Source of the DNA: Candidatus Udaeobacter sp.
GTDB taxonomy: Bacteria > Patescibacteriota > Patescibacteriia > Magasanikbacterales > GWA2-37-8
Direction: 5' to 3'
DNA: 64,000 nucleotides
NCBI GenBank assembly: GCA_035473115.1
Contig: DATION010000005.1
Coordinates: forward strand, 86,339-150,338
Shown: positions 8,249 through 17,125 of the stretch, one piece after another
Position numbering within the stretch: position 1 is the stretch's first letter
How the letters are laid out: every line of letters starts with the position of its first letter
The notes under the pieces: model-generated
Told to the model about the DNA's origin: nothing
The model's input: only the letters and a program-made list of their open reading frames with translations
The model's database searches: none
Program-made: the position numbers and the translations under genes

Positions 8249-8282
8249 AAAAAATCTCTCTTCACAGAGAGATTTTTTATTA
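8249..8282 (+). terminator. Rho-independent terminator of the micro-ORF
   Basis: 8-bp perfect stem atctctct/agagagat with a 4-nt loop, followed by TTTTTTATTATTT. Confidence 0.6.
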
Positions 8283-8297
8283 TTTGCGCCGAGACAG

Positions 8298-9560
8298 CTA
8301 GAGCAATCTGCTTTGCCTATCACCTAATTTTTGTTTTTCAGGCATAACTTCAACCGAACCAAATACTCCATCGTAACCAGGCTTAACTCTTACATTACCA
8401 CTGCGCATATTACTGATAGCAGTCGAAATATTTTTATCACTTGTATTTTTTTCTATTTCCTCTATACCTGCTTTAAGCAAAATAAAAAATTCACTGCCCA
8501 AATTTTTTAACATTGAATCATACTCCTTTAAAACTTTCTTGCTGCTTGGACCAACTCCAAATACTTTAGAAATAATTTCTTTAAGCGGCACAATATATTT
8601 GTGCGGAATAAATTTGGCTTGATCAATTTTTTCTTCGGCGCGATCAGCTAAATCATCCACTCGGTGCAGCACGCCTACAGTTACCGGTTTTTTACAATTG
8701 GGGCATAAAAACTTTTTTGCTTTGGTTTCTTTTGGTGACAAACAAACTTCGCATACCGCATGTCCATCATAATGATATTTTCCTTCTTCAGGATAAAATT
8801 CGATGGTATATAAAAATTTTTCTTTATTACCGGTTTTAATTACATCCAAAATTTCATTGTAAGTAAAATTATCATTTAAATTAAAAACATTGGCTTCCCT
8901 ACCCAAATTATTTAGACTGTGAGCATCAGAATTAGAAATCAAAGTAATATTATCCAAAGCCGAAAGCTGATGATTCATAACCGGATCACTAGACAGTCCG
9001 GTTTCAACTGCGCGGATATGAGGAGTTAATTCTTCAAAACATTCTTCCAAAGAGTCATAACCGGATTTTGATCCAAAAACTGCAAACCATGGCGTCCAAA
9101 TATGGGCCGGTATCATCATAAATCCGGGGTCAATAGCCAAAATTATCTCTAAAACTGCCTTGGCAGACAAACCCATAATCGGCCGGCCATCAGAGCGGAT
9201 ATTAACGCCCTTGGCCTCTAAAACAGCATTAAACTGATCTATAGCCTCTATACTGGGGGCCAGAACAAGCAAATGTACCCGCCGAGTAGCGTCTTTATCC
9301 TTATAAATACAAGAAATTTCCGTACCTAAAATAAATCTGGTTTGGCTGCTATTATCTTTTAATTTATAAATCCCTTTGCGTTCTTCAACTAAATTTTCTT
9401 TGATATGTTTTACCCAAGCCGGATGAGTAAAGTCGCCAGTCACCACAATATCTATGCCTTTTTGTTCGCAAGCTTTGGCAATTTTTGGCAATTCTAAATC
9501 TGCCGAGCAAGCTCGGGAGTAACGGGAATGAATATGAAGATCAATTATTTTTTCGGACAT
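8298..9560 (-). CDS. PHP-domain metal-dependent phosphoesterase with a C-terminal Cys4 zinc ribbon
   Basis: N-terminal IDLHIHSRYS PHP motif and a C-terminal CEVC...CPNC ribbon. Confidence 0.7.
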   Translation of the reverse strand: MSEKIIDLHIHSRYSRACSADLELPKIAKACEQKGIDIVVTGDFTHPAWVKHIKENLVEERKGIYKLKDNSSQTRFILGTEISCIYKDKDATRRVHLLVLAPSIEAIDQFNAVLEAKGVNIRSDGRPIMGLSAKAVLEIILAIDPGFMMIPAHIWTPWFAVFGSKSGYDSLEECFEELTPHIRAVETGLSSDPVMNHQLSALDNITLISNSDAHSLNNLGREANVFNLNDNFTYNEILDVIKTGNKEKFLYTIEFYPEEGKYHYDGHAVCEVCLSPKETKAKKFLCPNCKKPVTVGVLHRVDDLADRAEEKIDQAKFIPHKYIVPLKEIISKVFGVGPSSKKVLKEYDSMLKNLGSEFFILLKAGIEEIEKNTSDKNISTAISNMRSGNVRVKPGYDGVFGSVEVMPEKQKLGDRQSRLL

Positions 9561-9563
9561 GAT

Positions 9564-10304
9564 TTATAATTTACGATCGGCTTCTCCAATATATTCTGTT
9601 TCGTCTGATTCCAAACGACGCAATCCGACATCGCCCATCATTTCCTCAAAAATATGAGCTACCAAACCGGGGACGCGAGCAATGATAAAAATTCCTTTGG
9701 TAACCTGCCAGGGAAAACCCATATCCAAAAGAATAGCGGCCATAGCACCATCAACATTTAAAGGCAGCGGCTTGGAAGAAATTTTATTCAATTCTATCAT
9801 CACCTCTTCGGCAAAAGCGCAATACTTGCCATAAAAACCTGTTTCTTTGGCAACTGTAAAAACTGTATCCGTACGATTATCATGAGTTAAAACTTTATGT
9901 CCATAACCCGGCAACCTGATTTTTTTGTCTTTAAGAGATCTAACCAGTTCAGCCACATTTTTTTCTGTTATATTTTCTGTAAAAAATTTGGCCGCGTCTT
10001 CGGTGGCACCGCCATGCAACTTGCCCATAGCCAAAATTCCCGCAGCCAAAGACGTATGCAGGCTATTGCCCGATGAAGCCGTAATACGGCTAGTCATCGC
10101 CGAAGCTGTGCCAATACCGTGGTCTATGGCTGCCACCAGCATAGCATTAAGCATTTTGGTTTCATTTTCATTAGGCAAATTTCCTTTTAAAATTAAAAAT
10201 ATAGTTTCCGTAAAACTTTTATTTTTAATTAAACTCTCCAAACTATACCCGCGAACAATCTCTTGGTTATCGGAAACCTTGCTGATAGCTGTTTTCCATT
10301 GCAT
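9564..10304 (-). CDS. Citryl-CoA lyase-like protein (citrate synthase-family C-terminal domain of ATP-citrate lyase)
   Basis: GYGHKV, LNVDG and GIFIIARVPGLVAHIFEE blocks match the ACL/citrate-synthase small-domain pattern. It is downstream of the SucC/SucD-like genes. Confidence 0.6.
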   Translation of the reverse strand: MQWKTAISKVSDNQEIVRGYSLESLIKNKSFTETIFLILKGNLPNENETKMLNAMLVAAIDHGIGTASAMTSRITASSGNSLHTSLAAGILAMGKLHGGATEDAAKFFTENITEKNVAELVRSLKDKKIRLPGYGHKVLTHDNRTDTVFTVAKETGFYGKYCAFAEEVMIELNKISSKPLPLNVDGAMAAILLDMGFPWQVTKGIFIIARVPGLVAHIFEEMMGDVGLRRLESDETEYIGEADRKL

Positions 10305-10308
10305 ACAA

Positions 10309-11202
10309 TTAATTTAAAAATGATTTTACTAAACCTGCCAAGTCCTCATATTTATCAGCAATCTTTACGCCCACTGCCGCCAAAGCGGCTTCTTTTTCCG
10401 CTGCACTTTGGCCGCGGCCAACAATTGCTCCAGCATGACCGATATTCATACCTTGTGGAAAAACATTGGCAAATTTTCCGCCGATATAAATTGCCAAGGG
10501 CTTGGTGTATTCTTTATTTTTAATGGCTTCAACTATCTCAAACTCAAAACTGCCGCCATGTTCACCAAAAATTGCTACGGCTTTGGTTTGATCATCTTTT
10601 TCAAATAAACGTAAAATGTCAGCATAGGTCATTCCCATTAACAAATCTCCGCCTACGTGAATAGCGGCGCTTTGCCCCAAACTGGCTTTGCGTATTTGCC
10701 AAGATAATTCATTGGTCATTCCGCCCGAACGAGAAATTATTCCCACTGAGCCGGGCATAAAAATTTCATCTACCAAAGATCCGCCTACCACACCAATACG
10801 GCCAACTCCCGGAACAATCAAGCCCAAAGAGCTTGGGCCGATAATTTTGATATTTTTTTCTTTAGCTGCTGCCAAGCAATATGCAGTATCTTGAATAGGT
10901 ATTCTCTCTACAATAATATTTATCAGCGAAATATTATTTTCTATCGCCTCTAAAATTGCAGCTTTAGCGGCAAATGGCGGCACATAGATCGCTGTGGTAT
11001 TTATATCAGGAAAATTTTCTTTGGCTTCTTTAATGGAATTAAAAACCGGCTTGCCTTCGACTTCTTGCCCGCCTTTATTTGGCGTCACACCGCAAACAAC
11101 GCTAGTATGATAATCCAACATAGCTTTTGTGGCTTTGGCGCCTTCTTTACCGGTCATGCCCTGGACCAAAACTTTGGTATTTTTATCTATCAAGATGGAC
11201 AT
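10309..11202 (-). CDS. Succinyl-CoA synthetase alpha-like CoA-binding subunit (citryl-CoA synthetase or ACL small-subunit-like)
   Basis: CoA-binding/ligase motifs (GMTGKEG, GPSSLGLIVPG, phosphohistidine loop IGHAGAIV). Confidence 0.75.
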   Translation of the reverse strand: MSILIDKNTKVLVQGMTGKEGAKATKAMLDYHTSVVCGVTPNKGGQEVEGKPVFNSIKEAKENFPDINTTAIYVPPFAAKAAILEAIENNISLINIIVERIPIQDTAYCLAAAKEKNIKIIGPSSLGLIVPGVGRIGVVGGSLVDEIFMPGSVGIISRSGGMTNELSWQIRKASLGQSAAIHVGGDLLMGMTYADILRLFEKDDQTKAVAIFGEHGGSFEFEIVEAIKNKEYTKPLAIYIGGKFANVFPQGMNIGHAGAIVGRGQSAAEKEAALAAVGVKIADKYEDLAGLVKSFLN

Positions 11203-11204
11203 AT

Positions 11205-12350
11205 TTATTCTTTAATCATATCCGCTAAAATTTGAGCCGTGGCGCTCATACTGGTTTCTTTGCCAAACAACTTTATATTTAAATTATTGCGCGCAGCGCA
11301 TTCCTGCATCAAACGCATACCTTCTTCTTCGTATGGCCCCGCGCGGCGAACAACAATCGGAAACTTCGGCTTAATTTCATCTAAAGCATCACAGATGCCA
11401 TGGAAAGTTTCGGCAATATTGGTAAAATTGGCCACACCACCGGCGATCCACAGGCCTTTTAAACCCGGTTTTGCTAAAACAATTTTGGCCAGCTGATAAA
11501 CTTTTTCTCGCGGTGGATTACCGGAATATTCGGTGTAATTGGCCGGACGCAGTCCAGTTTTAAGCAGCGCATCCATATTGGCGATACTGGCGCCGCCACC
11601 GGAAAATAAAACAGCAATATCTCCATCCATTTCAATATATTTACCGGCAGTACCGCGATAATAACCTTCACCTTCATCTATTTTTTTCACGGCCGATTCT
11701 CTTTCGGTTGGCAATCTGCCCAACATGGTGCGCGGCGCTAAATTTTTCCATTCTTCATGACGATAAAAAGCATCTTCATCTAGCGCTACTTTGGCATCAG
11801 TCGCAAACCAGCGACCGTCTACAGTTTCAACCAACGGATTTATTTCTACAACTCTGGCATCTTCTTGCAAAAAGCATTGCCATAAATTTTCTGCAAAACG
11901 GATACCAGTTTCAATATCTTTTTTTCTTATATCTAACGGCATTTTGACTATCTTATCTTCGGCTACATCTTCAATATCCATGCCGCCAGCCGAGCTATAA
12001 ATCACAATCGGTTGCTTAGCAATAGTATCATAGGTAATAGAAAGATAATGTTCGGCAGCGATAGCCAGTTTTTCTTCAATTAAAACCGCAGCCACATATT
12101 GACCATTTACATTACTGGCAAATAATTCCTCACAAGCTTTAACTGTACTGCTAGTATCAGAGCAAAATTTAATTCCATTATTTTTACCGCGTTTGCCAGC
12201 CAAAACTTGAGCTTTGGCAACCACCTCTTTAATACCCAAATTTTCATAAGCTTTAGCAAAATCTTCATCACGATAAACAACTACTCCTTTGGGGATAGCT
12301 ATACCATGTTTGGCAAATAAGTTTTTCCCTTCAAATTCGTATAAATTCAT
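11205..12350 (-). CDS. Succinyl-CoA synthetase beta-like ATP-grasp subunit
   Basis: N-terminal MNLYEFEGKNLFAKHGI ATP-grasp start typical of SucC/AclB. Confidence 0.75.
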   Translation of the reverse strand: MNLYEFEGKNLFAKHGIAIPKGVVVYRDEDFAKAYENLGIKEVVAKAQVLAGKRGKNNGIKFCSDTSSTVKACEELFASNVNGQYVAAVLIEEKLAIAAEHYLSITYDTIAKQPIVIYSSAGGMDIEDVAEDKIVKMPLDIRKKDIETGIRFAENLWQCFLQEDARVVEINPLVETVDGRWFATDAKVALDEDAFYRHEEWKNLAPRTMLGRLPTERESAVKKIDEGEGYYRGTAGKYIEMDGDIAVLFSGGGASIANMDALLKTGLRPANYTEYSGNPPREKVYQLAKIVLAKPGLKGLWIAGGVANFTNIAETFHGICDALDEIKPKFPIVVRRAGPYEEEGMRLMQECAARNNLNIKLFGKETSMSATAQILADMIKE

Positions 12351-12383
12351 AAAAACATTAGTGCATTTAAACTAATTATTAAT

Positions 12384-12458
12384 TTTAGCAGTGCCCATCG
12401 CACCCGCCGCCGCGGGCCATCCTGAGCAAGGCGAAGGCGGTTTGGGCACAAGAAAATT
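12384..12458. repeat. GC-rich structured intergenic repeat, copy 1 (closing stem GTGCCCA...TGGGCAC)
   Basis: Conserved ends ttttRgcagtgSccatcgcaccc ... ttTGGSCACaagaaaatt are shared with copy 2. Confidence 0.55.
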
Positions 12459-12472
12459 AATAATTAGTTTAA

Positions 12473-12805
12473 CTATAAATCCATTCTAAACTCTACGCCA
12501 TAATTTTTAAACCCTAACTTTTCATACCAGGCGCAGACAATGCCTCGGCTGCTTCTGGTAGTGGCAATTAATTTGTAACAGCCGATTTTTTTGGCTTCCT
12601 CTTGAGCAGCTTGGACAAGCTTTCTGCCTACTCCTTTATTTCTTTGGTTTTCTTCGACAAATACATCCTCCAAAAGTCCGTATGGTTCTTTGTGTAAATC
12701 ATTATAAATAATATACAGCCAAGCTCGGCCTACTTCAAGATTGTTATCTGTAGCCGAAATCCTAATGGCAAAACAATCCTTCTTTGTTTCTTTATGTATA
12801 TTCAT
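12473..12805 (-). CDS. GNAT-family N-acetyltransferase
   Basis: Acetyl-CoA binding block QRNKGVGRKLVQAA. Confidence 0.75.
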   Translation of the reverse strand: MNIHKETKKDCFAIRISATDNNLEVGRAWLYIIYNDLHKEPYGLLEDVFVEENQRNKGVGRKLVQAAQEEAKKIGCYKLIATTRSSRGIVCAWYEKLGFKNYGVEFRMDL

Positions 12806-12833
12806 AAATTATATAATCATTTAACCAATAACA

Positions 12834-12897
12834 ATTTTTGCAGTGGCCATCGCACCCTCAGGAGGGCGTCCGCAGGACGTTTGGCCACAAGAAAATT
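12834..12897. repeat. GC-rich structured intergenic repeat, copy 2 (closing stem GTGGCCA...TGGCCAC with compensatory C/G change)
   Basis: Same terminal motifs as copy 1. Internal hairpins ccctc-ag-gaggg and cgtcc-gca-ggacg. Confidence 0.55.
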
Positions 12898-12908
12898 GCT
12901 ATTGGTTA

Positions 12909-13874
12909 TTATAGTCCACTTTTAATTATATTACTCAAAACTACAGCTAATTTTTCTGAGCTTGTACCACCATCAACCGCTTCTAAATCTAGACTTTTTA
13001 TTTTGGTAGTTTTTAAATTTTCTTTATCAAATTCAAACACGCCCCATTTTTTGGTTTGATAAACCTGTTTCTGTTTTTTGTTTAACTTATGATTATTATG
13101 AATTACCAGATCAATATGGTGCGGCAAATATTTTTCCAGCTGCAAAATAAAATCACTCAATCTTTCTGGGCCAGTTTCGCCATCCAAACGATAAGCTCCG
13201 CCGGCAACATAAATTATTTTGGCTTTTTTATTTTTGGCCATGCCCTCTTTAATTCCTTTGGGCAGAAGAGCGGCAATCAAACTGGTATATAAACTGCCCG
13301 GACTAAGTATTATATAATCGGCAGTGGCAATAGTTTTTTGTGCTTCAATATAGGCTAAACAATTTGGCTCAAGCCAAACCTTTTTTATCTTAATACCTCT
13401 ATTATACCTTGGATTATCTATAAACTCTTCAGTTCTAATAATATCTCCATTCTCAAGCTCGGCCACCAAATCGGAATTTTCTAGAGTCGCGGGGTAAACT
13501 TTCCCTTGAGCTTCCACACTTTGCGCCAAAGCTTCCAAAGCATAAAGAAAATTTTTGGAATACTGGCTGGTTAAAGTTAAAAATAGATTGCCTAAATTAT
13601 GACTGTCTAGCTTGCCGGTATTTTTGAATCTTGGTTTATAAAAAATCTGCCTTAACATTTTATAATCGTACTTAGAAAGCGACAAAACAGCTCGCATAAT
13701 GTCTCCCGGAGGCAAGGTACTAAACTCCTTTCTTAACTTACCTGAAGATCCGCCGGAATCACTCATAGAAATGACTGCGGAAATATCAAATTTGCCTGTA
13801 TATTTTTTCAAAGCTTCCAAACAAATTGCCGAACCATTACCACCGCCAATAACAACAATCTTTTTTTTAGACAT
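12909..13874 (-). CDS. YvcK/GlmR-family (CofD-like, UPF0052) gluconeogenesis factor
   Basis: VVIGGGNG and SMSDSGGSSG motifs characteristic of YvcK. Confidence 0.75.
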   Translation of the reverse strand: MSKKKIVVIGGGNGSAICLEALKKYTGKFDISAVISMSDSGGSSGKLRKEFSTLPPGDIMRAVLSLSKYDYKMLRQIFYKPRFKNTGKLDSHNLGNLFLTLTSQYSKNFLYALEALAQSVEAQGKVYPATLENSDLVAELENGDIIRTEEFIDNPRYNRGIKIKKVWLEPNCLAYIEAQKTIATADYIILSPGSLYTSLIAALLPKGIKEGMAKNKKAKIIYVAGGAYRLDGETGPERLSDFILQLEKYLPHHIDLVIHNNHKLNKKQKQVYQTKKWGVFEFDKENLKTTKIKSLDLEAVDGGTSSEKLAVVLSNIIKSGL

Positions 13875-13875
13875 A

Positions 13876-14541
13876 CTAAAATTTAATCCCTAAAAAATCA
13901 TAAATTTTTTTATCATCCAGCTCATTAACAATCAAGTCAGCCGCAGAATAATCGCCATTGCTCCAGCGCTGGTCAAACCTAACTACGCATTTCATACCCG
14001 CTCTTTTGGCTGCGTTAAGACCATTTTCTGAATCTTCAACCACCACGCACTCACTTGGATCTACACCTAACTCTTGGGCGGCATAAAGAAAAATAGCTGG
14101 ATCCGGCTTGCCAACATAATCCACATGATCAGTAGAAACTAAAGCATCAAAATAATTATGCCAACTAAACCGATCAACAATTTTTTTGATACGATCTAAG
14201 CTGGCTCCGGAAGCTATAGCTGTTTTTTTGTCAGCCTGCTGTTTAATCCGTTTTAACAAATCATCCGCACCTAAAAGCGGCAGGGAATGATCTGTGTACA
14301 CCGCTTCGCTGCAATTAATTTTATGATTAATAATATCTTCCAAAGGATTGGGCAAGTTATGAATCTCTTTAAATATTTTTGATGACTCAGACAAACTTTT
14401 GCCGTTTATTAATTTTACCCAGTCATGTGAAAAAGGAACGTTAAATAATTTTAAAAAATTTTTTTCCGCATTAAACCAATGCATTTCGCTATCTATCAGC
14501 GTGCCATCCATATCAAAAAGTATTGCTTTAAAATTAGACAT
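13876..14541 (-). CDS. HAD-superfamily hydrolase, beta-phosphoglucomutase-like
   Basis: N-terminal DxDGT motif (ILFDMDGTLIDSE). Confidence 0.7.
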   Translation of the reverse strand: MSNFKAILFDMDGTLIDSEMHWFNAEKNFLKLFNVPFSHDWVKLINGKSLSESSKIFKEIHNLPNPLEDIINHKINCSEAVYTDHSLPLLGADDLLKRIKQQADKKTAIASGASLDRIKKIVDRFSWHNYFDALVSTDHVDYVGKPDPAIFLYAAQELGVDPSECVVVEDSENGLNAAKRAGMKCVVRFDQRWSNGDYSAADLIVNELDDKKIYDFLGIKF

Positions 14542-14545
14542 AAAA

Positions 14546-16369
14546 TTATTCTACAGTTACCGACTTAGCCAAATTCCTCGGCCGATCCACATCTCGCCCC
14601 AAAGCTACCGCCATATAATAAGCAAAAAGCTGCAAAGGAATTACGTTTAATAAAGGCTCAAGTAATTCCATAGTTGGTGGTACAAAAATCACGTCGCTGG
14701 CCAATTCTTTGGCTTGCTGGTCGCCTTCAGTGGCCAACAAAATTATTGGTGCTTTTCGGGCTTTAATTTCTTCTATATTACTACGCATTTTATCGTATAA
14801 CTGATTTTTGGTCATAATAGCCAAGACAGGAAATTGTGGTGAAAGTAAAGCAATCGGTCCATGTTTCATTTCCCCGCCCGGGTAAGCCTCACTATGAATA
14901 TAAGTAATCTCTTTTAGTTTTAACGAACCTTCCAGAGCTACCGGAAAATTTATTCCCCGTCCTAAAAAGAAAAAATCCTGGGAGTTTTTATACTTTTCCG
15001 CCAACTCTTTAATTTTATCGCTTTGCTGCAAAATAATTTTCATTTTTTCCGGAATTTCTTGCAAAGCGCCGAGCAATCTTTGACCCGTAGCTAAAGAAAG
15101 ATTTTTTAATCGGCCAAACTGCAGAGCGTATAATAATAAAACTGCAGTCATATTGGTAAAAGCTTTACTGGAAGCCACTGCCAATTCTGGACCGGCATGA
15201 ATATAAGTGCCGCCATCGGTTTCTCGGGCAATAGTTGAGCCAACCACATTAACAATCCCGCGCACAAACGCTCCTTTACGTTTGGCTTCTTTTAAAGCCG
15301 CTAATGTATCAGCGGTTTCACCTGACTGAGAAATGCCAAAAACTAAAGTTTGATTATCTATAATCGGATCACGGTATCTAAACTCGCTGGCTACCTCTAG
15401 TTCTGTCGGAATTCTAGCCAACCGTTCAAACATATACTTTCCAGCCAAACCTGCATAAGAAGCAGTGCCGCAAGCGATCAGAATAATCCGCTTAATACTG
15501 TGCATCTGCTCACCGGTCATATTTAGCCCACCCAAATGAGCAGTGCCTTCACTTACATTATAACGACCGCGAATTGCATCGGCAAAAACAGTCGGCTGAT
15601 CAAAAATCTCCTTCAGCATAAAATGAGAAAATCCTTGTTTTTGAGCTTGGGCCTCATCCCAAGCAATTTCTTCTATTTTTTTATTTATACTGACATCTTT
15701 TAAATTTACCGTCTGCATCTGCTCCCGGCTTATTTCGGCCACTTCACCATCGTCTAAAAAAATAACTTTCTTGGTGTAAGCCAGCATTGGCGTGGCATCG
15801 CTGCCAACAAAAAATTCATTATCACCAATGCCAACAACCAGAGGGCTGCCCATACGCGCCACAACCAGAGTGTTTGGATGATCACTATGCATTACCACTA
15901 AACCATAAGTACCGCGTACTTGGCTCAGAGCTTCCAAGACTGCTTTACGCAAGTCACCCTTGTAATAAGATTCAATTAAGTGCGCCAAAACTTCGGAGTC
16001 TGTTTCCGATTTATAAACATGACCTGTCCCCAATTCTCTTTTCAATTCCCGGTAATTTTCAATTATGCCGTTATGAGCCAAGACTATTTTACCGGTACAT
16101 TCGGTATGAGGATGGGCATTAAGTTCGGTAACCCCGCCGTGAGTTGCCCAACGCGTATGAGCAATTCCATATGTGCCAGCTAAATTTTGATTATTTATTT
16201 TTTGAGCCAGATTATCTATTTTGCCAACGGCTTTGGCAGATAAAAATTCTCCATTATTTAAAATAGCCACGCCGGCGCTATCATAGCCGCGATACTCTAA
16301 ACGACGCAAGCCATTTAATAAAATAGGCAAAGCATTTTTATTTCCAATATAGGCAACAATACCGCACAT
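14546..16369 (-). CDS. glmS: Glutamine--fructose-6-phosphate aminotransferase
   Basis: N-terminal MCGIVAY glutaminase nucleophile, SIS domains, C-terminal ...KSVTVE. Confidence 0.95.
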   Translation of the reverse strand: MCGIVAYIGNKNALPILLNGLRRLEYRGYDSAGVAILNNGEFLSAKAVGKIDNLAQKINNQNLAGTYGIAHTRWATHGGVTELNAHPHTECTGKIVLAHNGIIENYRELKRELGTGHVYKSETDSEVLAHLIESYYKGDLRKAVLEALSQVRGTYGLVVMHSDHPNTLVVARMGSPLVVGIGDNEFFVGSDATPMLAYTKKVIFLDDGEVAEISREQMQTVNLKDVSINKKIEEIAWDEAQAQKQGFSHFMLKEIFDQPTVFADAIRGRYNVSEGTAHLGGLNMTGEQMHSIKRIILIACGTASYAGLAGKYMFERLARIPTELEVASEFRYRDPIIDNQTLVFGISQSGETADTLAALKEAKRKGAFVRGIVNVVGSTIARETDGGTYIHAGPELAVASSKAFTNMTAVLLLYALQFGRLKNLSLATGQRLLGALQEIPEKMKIILQQSDKIKELAEKYKNSQDFFFLGRGINFPVALEGSLKLKEITYIHSEAYPGGEMKHGPIALLSPQFPVLAIMTKNQLYDKMRSNIEEIKARKAPIILLATEGDQQAKELASDVIFVPPTMELLEPLLNVIPLQLFAYYMAVALGRDVDRPRNLAKSVTVE

Positions 16370-16372
16370 AAA

Positions 16373-17125
16373 TTAAATACTATGAGCTATTTCCAAATGT
16401 TCTTTAGTGTTAATACCAATCGCTTCTTCTGGATCAATTGAAATATTTGATACTTTATCGGTTTTCATTGCCTGATCAACTAAATCAGTTAAATAATATT
16501 CGCCTTGCGCGTTATTATTTTTTAAATTTTTTACTTCTTGCCAAAACCAATCGGCATTAAAACAATAATAGCAAGGATTGAGTTCATTGCCGTCAGCTTC
16601 TGTAGGGGTGGCATCCCGTAACTCAACTGACTTAGCTATTTTTCCGTTTTCATCTCGAATAATACGCCCAAAATCGTGCAACGCCGCATATTTACCCTTA
16701 AAATCCGGCACAGTAACTGTCATCAAGGTAAGAATATTTTGCTCGCTTACATGTTTTTCGGCCAGCCGTTTTATAGATTCTGCCTTCAAAAAAGGCATAT
16801 CGCCATATAAAACAATGATATTTTCTACTTTGCCTTGCAAAACTTTGGCTGCGCAAGCAGCAGCATGCCCGGTGCCAAGCTGCTTGTCTTGGATTACATA
16901 TATAGCTCGGTCTCCTAAATAATCCTGCACAAATGTATGATTTGGGTTAACAATCACAACCGGTTTTTCACAAACCCCAGATGCTTCAACGTTAGCAACA
17001 ACATACTCAATCAAAGGTTTTCCTTTCAAAAGATTCATCACTTTTGGCAAATCACTTTTCATTCTTTTTCCTTCACCGGCAGCCAAAATGACCACACCGG
17101 TTTTACTTAATTTGTTGGGCAACAT
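16373..17125 (-). CDS. Sugar-phosphate nucleotidyltransferase, GlmU N-terminal-like but lacking the LbH acetyltransferase domain
   Basis: ILAAGEGKRMKSDLPKV signature. Only 250 aa. Confidence 0.7.
   Translation of the reverse strand: MLPNKLSKTGVVILAAGEGKRMKSDLPKVMNLLKGKPLIEYVVANVEASGVCEKPVVIVNPNHTFVQDYLGDRAIYVIQDKQLGTGHAAACAAKVLQGKVENIIVLYGDMPFLKAESIKRLAEKHVSEQNILTLMTVTVPDFKGKYAALHDFGRIIRDENGKIAKSVELRDATPTEADGNELNPCYYCFNADWFWQEVKNLKNNNAQGEYYLTDLVDQAMKTDKVSNISIDPEEAIGINTKEHLEIAHSI

Noticed and set aside
8011-8327. Three mutually overlapping track ORFs (8011..8265 -, 8079..8327 +, 8135..8323 -)
   Set aside because: These are low-complexity poly-A/poly-T translations (K/F-rich). The only unit with a real SD and terminator is the 8171..8242 micro-ORF.
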